This document shows, piece by piece, positions 54,047-61,400 of a DNA stretch of 64,000 nucleotides. The first letter of the stretch is position 1, and each line of letters begins with the position of its first letter. The DNA is taken from assembly GCA_964527215.1 (NCBI GenBank), contig CAZGNZ010000001.1, positions 129,276 to 193,275 on the forward strand. Direction: 5' to 3'. The notes under the pieces are model-generated. The model searched no databases, had not been told where the DNA came from, and saw only the letters and a list, made by a program, of their open reading frames with translations. Source of the DNA: an uncultured bacterium (lineage in GTDB: Bacteria; Fidelibacterota; Marinisomatia; SCGC-AAA003-L08; JACNLC01). The translations under genes and the position numbers were made by a program.

Positions 54047-54489
54047 TTTCTGACCTCTTTGTTAGTGAATTCAAAGATTTGCTTAAGATGACCAACTTCA
54101 ATTGCAAGCCTATATACTTCGCACTTGTGACAGTCTGCATTCTGACATGTCTCACCGGTTACCTCCTGTGCCCAGCAAACCGTGTCGTTGGACATATAGG
54201 CAGGGCATTCAAGACGCTCCTCTTCTCCGCATGGCTTGATATTCCAGCACGGGATGAGTGCCAGCAAACGTCTGATACCGGCAATATTCAATTTGTTTTC
54301 CGTGATCTGACGCCGAATACATGCGATCCATTCCAAATCTATCTCGGAATACAATCGCCGCCCGGTTTCAGTACGATGGGGGATGAGCAGACCTTCCCGT
54401 TCATACAATCGCAAAGTTTCCGGAGAAATATCGAATTTTCTGGAAACCACACCGATTGTGTACAATGGTTCACTGGGATCCATCTTCAT
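54043..54489 (-). CDS. MerR-family transcription regulator with a C-terminal Cys-rich two-CW-like domain (paralog 2)
   Basis: The HTH is …YTIGVVSRKFDISPETLRLYEREGLLIPHRTETGRRLYS…. The tail is …LALIPCWNIKPCGEEERLECPAYMSNDTVCWAQEVTGETCQNADCHKCEVYR…. An AGGTGG Shine-Dalgarno lies upstream. Confidence 0.8.
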   Translation of the reverse strand: MKMDPSEPLYTIGVVSRKFDISPETLRLYEREGLLIPHRTETGRRLYSEIDLEWIACIRRQITENKLNIAGIRRLLALIPCWNIKPCGEEERLECPAYMSNDTVCWAQEVTGETCQNADCHKCEVYRLAIEVGHLKQIFEFTNKEVRK

Positions 54490-54826
54490 AATTTGTCCAC
54501 CTGATATTTAGATAAGCTGTATTAGAAACTCTATAACTTATCAAAAATACAGTTTAAAAAACAACGATAAAACGGTATAAATATTAATAGATAGCGAGAT
54601 CGCAATATCCCCCGTTTGTCGTCCGGGAAATATTACGATTTGTTGTGGTGAAATCCCGAGAGATTTTTAAACGGTAAGGTAAATCTGTTCAATAGAATTT
54701 GTAAACTTCAGCAGAGTCATTTTTCAAAAGGAGGGGATTCAGTCACAGCTTTCCAAAATCATTTTAATCCGGTACAAGACCGACAACATACCCACGATCA
54801 TTGATGAATTTCAGCACTAAATTGTG

Positions 54827-55091
54827 TTGAATCCGCCAGTGGGCGGACGAGTGTAACTGGGTGCATTCCCCGCCGCTTGTTGGAAATCCGCCATTTGGCG
54901 TGGCGGCGAAATAATAAATGATTATATCACTAATGATACCCCGTCCGCTCAGCGGCGGGGAAATTCATTTTTTGCTTTTCCGCATCAATACATTTTCATC
55001 ATCTCATTACGAAGTCTCATGAAATTTCCGGGTTAACGACCCGATCAATTACTGATACATCACCCGTCAGCTGACGGGCGGGGAAATTCAT
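54827..55091 (+). repeat. REP-like hairpin element cluster, copy 3
   Basis: GAATCCGCCAGTGGGCGG…GAAATCCGCCATTTGGCGTGGCGG…GATACCCCGTCCGCTCAGCGGCGGGGAAATTCAT…CCGATCAATTACTGATACATCACCCGTCAGCTGACGGGCGGGGAAATTCAT. It is in the same orientation as copy 1. Confidence 0.8.
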
Positions 55092-55346
55092 AATCGATGG
55101 GATGGGTTTGTCTGATTCATTGGAAGGTTCAATCGAGATGAAATTGGTCTGTTGTGCAGGTTCTTTTGGTCCTTTTCTTCGAAGAAAAGGACCTCCAAAT
55201 TCATGGATTCAGGTAAGGCAGAGGTACAGTGAGTCTCCGATTAACACATTTTTGATCAATAATGAACAGGTTTTCAATAAAACGTATTGGACGGATGTGG
55301 GATTCAGCAGACAGGCAAAAAACGGTGCTGGTCATAAAAATGACCC

Positions 55347-58300
55347 TCAGCGCAGGTCGAACAGGGATTCGCTGAAATTCAGGTGGAAGGTAACATACAG
55401 ACGGTTCAGCTGCTGGTCCAGACTGGAGAAATCAGGATCTTCATATTTGAGGAAAGTATATCCCAGTCCCAGCTGCATATCCTGGCGCAGGAGGTAGTTC
55501 AGCTCAAGTGCCGTTCCTAATTTCTGCTCATCTGTTGCATCCATCCATATGGTTCTCAAATCAAGAGCAGTGCTCCAGCGGGGAGTTATATCGAGTTCCG
55601 GACGCACATAAAAATAGGCAGTACCGTTCCAGTCACTGAACAGGTCACCGGACTCGTCCAGTATTCGGCGGTATGCCAGCCGGCTGCTGAAGGACCAGCG
55701 CTGAACGGGCTGGCAGTGCATGTTCAAGGCTGTGATCAGTCTGTCGGACCGGATTTCCGGATCCACATGCGTGTTCCTGTCAGTGATATACTCCAACTTG
55801 CCAACCATATTCCAGATATCCGACATCTCGGGACGGTATGCAAGTCCTGCCTGAATCCTGCCGCGTATGATGTATTCATCAATTTCTTTTCGGTAGTCGG
55901 TGCGGGTATGCTCGGTTTTTGCCAGAAGGCTCAGTCCTGCCATCATCCGGAAAGAACCCGCCACTCCGTAAATTCGCTTCAATGTTGTTTCATTCCGTCT
56001 GTTTTCGAATTTACCGGTCAGTTTATAGGGGGCTTCCGGGAAATACTCAAACGACATGGATACAGCATCATGCTCCGGTACCGGAGTCTGGAAATCATCA
56101 AATGTGGCTGTATTCTCGTATGCCAGATTGAAGGTCAGATCATCTCTGACGGACCATTTATTCCGCAACCCGATTGACGCCCGGGAACGGTTTTCACCCA
56201 GTGCACCGCCAATCTCATATTTGCCGTCAATCTGCATGTTCTCGCTGACCTTGGATTCCAGGCCAAATATGGTTTCACTGGCTTTGTCAGAGTGGTCTAC
56301 CAGACGGTGTTTGAAGAATATCCTGACTTTTTCGCTGACAGTGTATCCCAGACCCAGCAACAGACTGTTGGGTTTGGCTTTATCATCAGTATTCAGGTTC
56401 GAATATGTTTCCAGGCTGCCGTCCAGAGCATCTGAAAAGCGGTACGCCAGCTCTGAAGTCAACACAGATGATATCCGCTCATCGGTTGTACCGTCCGATT
56501 CCATGCGGGTGATGCGGGCATTTTCCAGGCCCAGACTGAGGTGGGTTCGCTCATTCAGCTGGTTATTGATATCGGCGGAAATGACCTCACGGGTTTCTTC
56601 ATCGGCAGTGTGTGCACCATACAGCTCATAATAATAGTCTGTGCTCACTTGTCCGATGACACTGCTGCGGTACTTTGCCGAGAAACCATATTTGGTTGAT
56701 CCTTTTTCGCTTCCGGCGCTGGTTTGAGAATTGTTAACAAAGCTGCTGTCCACATTCCGGTAATATCCGTCCAGTTTCATCGCGGCCGTCGGCTGCCAGG
56801 TGAATTCGGTTTTCCAGGCAGTGCCGTCAAGCTCTTGAGCCATTTCGTCCAGGGAACGGGAGACGGCAGCTTCTGCTTTTACCGCAAGCCTGTCGCTCAT
56901 GGGGATTCTGGCATCCAGCCCGGAAAGCACGAAATTACGAACATCCTGCTCTTCCGTGATGAATGATCCGCCAATATGGTATTTATCCAGGAACAGATTC
57001 TCATATCGAATGCCGCCGACATAGTTTTCTGAAGCATTCTCATCAACTTCGTAGTTCACAACAATGTATATCGGGTTACCGTTTCCGTCTACTGCCGGTA
57101 CAGGCTGTTTGAACATCAGTGTGCCGTTTTCGTAATCGATATCATAATCCGTGTATCTCAGTGCCCGTTTGGATTCCAATACACGTTCAGAATGATATTT
57201 GTCCCGGGTTTCAATGGAAACATGTTCGGAGAAGCGAATCAGTTCGCGGCTGCTGAGATTGTAGTACCCCGAAATACCCTCGCCCATGATTCGGTCAAGA
57301 ACCAGACTGTGGTCGGATTTGGAGATAAACCCGGTCAGACGGCTGTTATCCCAGTTCAGATCAGTCGTCAAACCAGTGAATGTACGGTTGTAGGCGGTGA
57401 ATTCTGTGGATCCCATATCGGCGGTAAAGTCACCCAGCAGCAGATGGCTGCCGTCCTTTTCGATCCTGGCGTAAAGTTTTGACTGTGCCTGTGCATCATA
57501 CTCCAGAGTACCTGCGTCACCGTAAATGGGATACTGGCTGTCCAGTTCAAAATCATCCATAAACTGATCTTCACGGTTACGGTCTGAATCGAAAGACGCA
57601 CTGATATGGATGTCATCACTCACCGTCCCTGCAGCATACAATGCTGTCCGGCCCTTCATTTTCGCATCGCCGCTCTCAAAGACAGTTCCCTGCTTATCCA
57701 TGGGATCCATGTCTGCCAGCATGTTAATGTCATTTTCACCGTTGGTTTGGGACAGTGAACCGTTTGCCATCCCCACCAGAATAAACGGTTCTGCCGGCAC
57801 CTCGTATTTGACGGGGTACTGGTGATAGTGGCCGTTCAGGGAAATTTCCAGGATTCCGGTGCCGGGATGATCAGCAGCCTGGATGGTCAGAGAAAGGAAT
57901 CCGTTTTCTATCTTCACCTGATGCCCTGTGGAGATGCTGTCTGCATCGGCTTCTGCCAGCCAGCCGTTTGTCAGTGAGACAGTGGCAATCTTGATGTGAT
58001 CAATGCGGTATCCCCAGTCATCCTGAATTTCAAAACGTACCTCCTGACTGGCAAATCCATCTGCCGGGAGCACGATTTCACTGATTTCCGAATGGAGCTG
58101 ACTGGGTGCACCCAGCACGTGAATTGTGCGGGTAGTGGTCATGGTCATTCCGGTTTTCATTTTGGACTGCAGCTTCAGCTCAATGGGGCCCGACGGGACT
58201 TCCACATTGATAAAGTCATACAGGCCGTCACCCCGGACTTCAGCCGAATCAACGAAAGTATCATTGATCAGAAGAGTGGCCGGAGTTCCCGGTTTACCGG

Positions 58301-58439
58301 CAATCGTTACCGCGATCCGATGCAGTTTTGTCACCGAACCCTCCAGAGGATATACCACCATCACCTGGGCGTTGATCCATGCCGTCAGCAGGAAAGCGCC
58401 GGTGAAAAGCAGGTTAATATGTCTGAAGAGTTTCCGCAA
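55347..58439 (-). CDS. Very large (1030 aa) outer-membrane beta-barrel protein with N-terminal Ig-like domains
   Basis: It has a signal peptide (MRKLFRHINLLFTGAFLLTAWINAQ) and N-terminal beta-sandwich-like segments. About 750 aa of alternating barrel-type strands follow (…YRSSVIGQVSTDYYYELYG…, …LGLGYTVSEKVRIFFKHRL…, …TALELNYLLRQDMQLGLGYTFLKY…). The TTG start lies 2 nt after the upstream stop. Confidence 0.7.
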   Translation of the reverse strand: MRKLFRHINLLFTGAFLLTAWINAQVMVVYPLEGSVTKLHRIAVTIAGKPGTPATLLINDTFVDSAEVRGDGLYDFINVEVPSGPIELKLQSKMKTGMTMTTTRTIHVLGAPSQLHSEISEIVLPADGFASQEVRFEIQDDWGYRIDHIKIATVSLTNGWLAEADADSISTGHQVKIENGFLSLTIQAADHPGTGILEISLNGHYHQYPVKYEVPAEPFILVGMANGSLSQTNGENDINMLADMDPMDKQGTVFESGDAKMKGRTALYAAGTVSDDIHISASFDSDRNREDQFMDDFELDSQYPIYGDAGTLEYDAQAQSKLYARIEKDGSHLLLGDFTADMGSTEFTAYNRTFTGLTTDLNWDNSRLTGFISKSDHSLVLDRIMGEGISGYYNLSSRELIRFSEHVSIETRDKYHSERVLESKRALRYTDYDIDYENGTLMFKQPVPAVDGNGNPIYIVVNYEVDENASENYVGGIRYENLFLDKYHIGGSFITEEQDVRNFVLSGLDARIPMSDRLAVKAEAAVSRSLDEMAQELDGTAWKTEFTWQPTAAMKLDGYYRNVDSSFVNNSQTSAGSEKGSTKYGFSAKYRSSVIGQVSTDYYYELYGAHTADEETREVISADINNQLNERTHLSLGLENARITRMESDGTTDERISSVLTSELAYRFSDALDGSLETYSNLNTDDKAKPNSLLLGLGYTVSEKVRIFFKHRLVDHSDKASETIFGLESKVSENMQIDGKYEIGGALGENRSRASIGLRNKWSVRDDLTFNLAYENTATFDDFQTPVPEHDAVSMSFEYFPEAPYKLTGKFENRRNETTLKRIYGVAGSFRMMAGLSLLAKTEHTRTDYRKEIDEYIIRGRIQAGLAYRPEMSDIWNMVGKLEYITDRNTHVDPEIRSDRLITALNMHCQPVQRWSFSSRLAYRRILDESGDLFSDWNGTAYFYVRPELDITPRWSTALDLRTIWMDATDEQKLGTALELNYLLRQDMQLGLGYTFLKYEDPDFSSLDQQLNRLYVTFHLNFSESLFDLR

Positions 58440-58441
58440 AA

Positions 58442-61400
58442 CTATCGTACTTCCAGCTCAATTAATTCAGGATACTGAATATTCAGTTTTTTCTGTCCCT
58501 GCCGGAATTCCAGATTCAGCCGGATGGACTGTTTATCTGTCTTCGAATCCAAATCTGTCAGGTGAATTTCCTGCACAAGATTCACAACCGGACCCGACAG
58601 TGGCGCTGACAGTTGGATCACATCACCGGCTTGACGGGTAAATGCCATTGATTTGGGAATCGTAATGGTGCCCAGAAGCTGATCGGCATCTGGCAGGGAG
58701 TCGGAATGGAGAACCAGCCGGACTGTGAATCGACCGTTGGAATCCGGCATGATGACAACCGGAGCAGTGTGACCGGCTGCACCTGTATGTGAATCCATTT
58801 CCGTATGAATGACTGCCGGGATCAAATTATCTATGACAGATGATTTCTGGGTATTCACGGGCGTTATCAGCAGGGTCATCAGGTTTGGCTGAGTCAGCCG
58901 TGATCCGGCATTGTGTATATCCACGCGGGAATGAATGCGTTCGGATTCAATGTTATATTCCCTGATCAGGAAATCGCTGACGGTCAGTGACCATCCGGCT
59001 ACCCGGTTAAAATCATCCTCGGCAGTTTGCATGCCGAGAATGGTCAGGTTGAGTTCCGGCTGCCAATTCAGCAGTCTGCCGATCTGGTTCAGTTTGATCA
59101 GCATCTGTGGCTGAATAGGCTTTCCGTCAATAAAATCTTCCCGGCTGACCGGGGTTTCCAGATATACACGATCCAACGGCGTGTGGACCCAGCGGTTCAT
59201 GCGTCCGATTTCGTCCCGTGTACCATCAGAATACTGTGCCTGCACCCGGCATTCCAGTCTGGTTACGGATCCTGTTTCTGCTGCATGCTGCACAAGGAAT
59301 GCACCCGTAATATCACCGGATATATTTTTACCGTTGACCGGAAGAGATAACGTAATCAGTCCGCCGTTCATCTCAGTTTTAAGAGGCTGATGATTGTAAA
59401 GGCTTTTCCCTTCAGCCCAGATAAATCCTTTGGGAGTCGGAATTTCAAATTCCAGTTTCCGAATACTCTGACTGCCGCTGATATGCAGCGGAATCCGGAA
59501 TTCCAGCGACGGCAGTTCAGCAGACAGTTCTTCGGAACTAAACTGCAGTTCAATACGCCGATTCAGACGGCGGCCTTCCGCTGTGGCATTATCGGCGATT
59601 GGCTGGTCCGGTCCTTTGCCGCGGGATGTGATGCGCTCACCATCGATTTTCGATTCGGATATCAGGAATTTCTGAATATTTTCCGCCCTTGCCCGGCTCA
59701 GTTCATAATTATTCTTATAAGCAGATCCGGACTGCACTGGAACCGAATCCGTATGCCCGGTTATTTCAAGCGTGATGTCGCTGTACAAATTCATCAGCCG
59801 GGCGATATTCCACAATTCGTTCATATCCACACTGCTCAGCCGGGCGGAGTTCGACTTGAAATGGAACCTTGCATTGATGTTCAGCGGGAGATTTTCTCTC
59901 AGGGTGAGAATCTCCGGTGTCTGCAATTCAGCATGCAGAATGGTTTCAGCCGATTCCTGACAGCCGGTTCCGGCTGCCTTCCCGGTTTTTATTTCTTCCG
60001 TTCGACTGCCGGGCAGAAGCGGACGGATTTCTGCCGGATAAATGCGATTTGCGCGAATACTCAGATCCAGTCGGTTTCCGCTGGTGAAAAACCCGCCGTA
60101 ACTCAGCACCGTCAGGCGGTCGGGAGCAATGCCATGCCGGTCCGTGAGCACCATTTTTACCTGTTCGCCAAACCGGTTTGTTCGAGTCAGCGCGGGAGAG
60201 TCCGGATTGGCGGAGTAAGTCAGGATATCCAGGTTTATGTGTTTTTGCCATTTCAGAAATTCTGCAGTTTCGTCAAGGGTTTCCAGAATTTCCGGACTGA
60301 AACGGTCTGAAAGCAGATTCAGACCTTCTGATTCAGTCAGCGATGAGATAACCAGGCCGCGCGCAGCAACGGCATATGATGCTTCAACCGGCTCGGATGT
60401 GTGAACGGTCCCTTCAGAATTCGTGTATTCAACATGCCCGCTGATTCGTCCGATATGAGGCAGAGGACCTTCCGCCGCGGGCGCAATCCGGAAGCGAAGT
60501 GTTTCATTAAAATGGTGCTGCATTCCGCCCAGCTGCCAGGTGATGAGATTATGGGCTGTCCGGCTTGCCGTGATCGGCTGACCCCTGAATTCAGCAGATT
60601 GACCGATATACCGGAAACCTTGCGGAATCGCGACTGACGCTGTTACCATCGAAAGCGGTGCTGAATGATGATACTCGAAATTCATTGTGACTGTGAGCTG
60701 ATCATTTTCAGCCTGATCGACCTGGGAGGCAACAAAGCGCAGCTCAATACGCCGATTCATGGCTCGGCCAGATTTTGTATGGTTCGATGCAACCGGCTGC
60801 GCAGCCCCTTTACCGAATGCGGCGATACGCTCCGGTGCAATGGAATAATTCTGAAGCAGATAGTTGCGGATGTTCTGTGCCCGGGCAGCAGAGAGTTCTT
60901 GGTTGTTTTTGTATGATTCCCTGATTGTTACCGGGACATTGTCTGTATGACCAATAATCTGCAGACTGATATTGTCCTGCAGGATCATAAAGCGGGCAAG
61001 CTTGGCTGCCTGAGCCAGATCATCGGGATGCAATACCGCACTTCCTGATTCGAAGTGATAATGGGTGCTCAGTTCAAAAGGCTCAAATTCGTTTAATTCA
61101 TAAATAACCGGACTGACTTTCAGCGAATAGCTGATCTCCGGTACCTGGCAGACATCCACATCCAAACTGCCGTGCTGCGGGGTTTCCAGTGCAAAATTGG
61201 CTTTGACCATTCCGCCGGGAATCATATCCACCTTCCGCATCCAGGGATTGTTCAGCTGAGCGTTGGATATGATGCGGCCCTCTGCATCTTCCGGCAGTGT
61301 GGCACGGTTGATCCGGACTGCATGGGCACCGGGAGCAACGTTTGGAATCGAGTACTTACCGTATTCATCCGATACAACGCGGATACCGTTTTCCATTACC

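Noticed and set aside
54511-54546. The imperfect dyad GATAAG-N20-CTTATC upstream of MerR paralog 2, as a second operator.
   Set aside because: The arms are only 6 bp with a long spacer. It bears no resemblance to the perfect dyad upstream of paralog 1. It could easily arise by chance in AT-rich DNA.
55316-55345. The small hairpin GGTCAT-AAAA-ATGACC right after the stop of the 1030-aa barrel gene, as a terminator.
   Set aside because: The stem is only 6 bp and A/T-rich, and the T-run on the minus strand is separated from it by 7 nt. It is too weak to call.
55102-55497. The 131-aa + strand ORF downstream of REP copy 3.
   Set aside because: It overlaps the 3' end of the 1030-aa barrel gene on the opposite strand. 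It has no Shine-Dalgarno and no recognisable motif.
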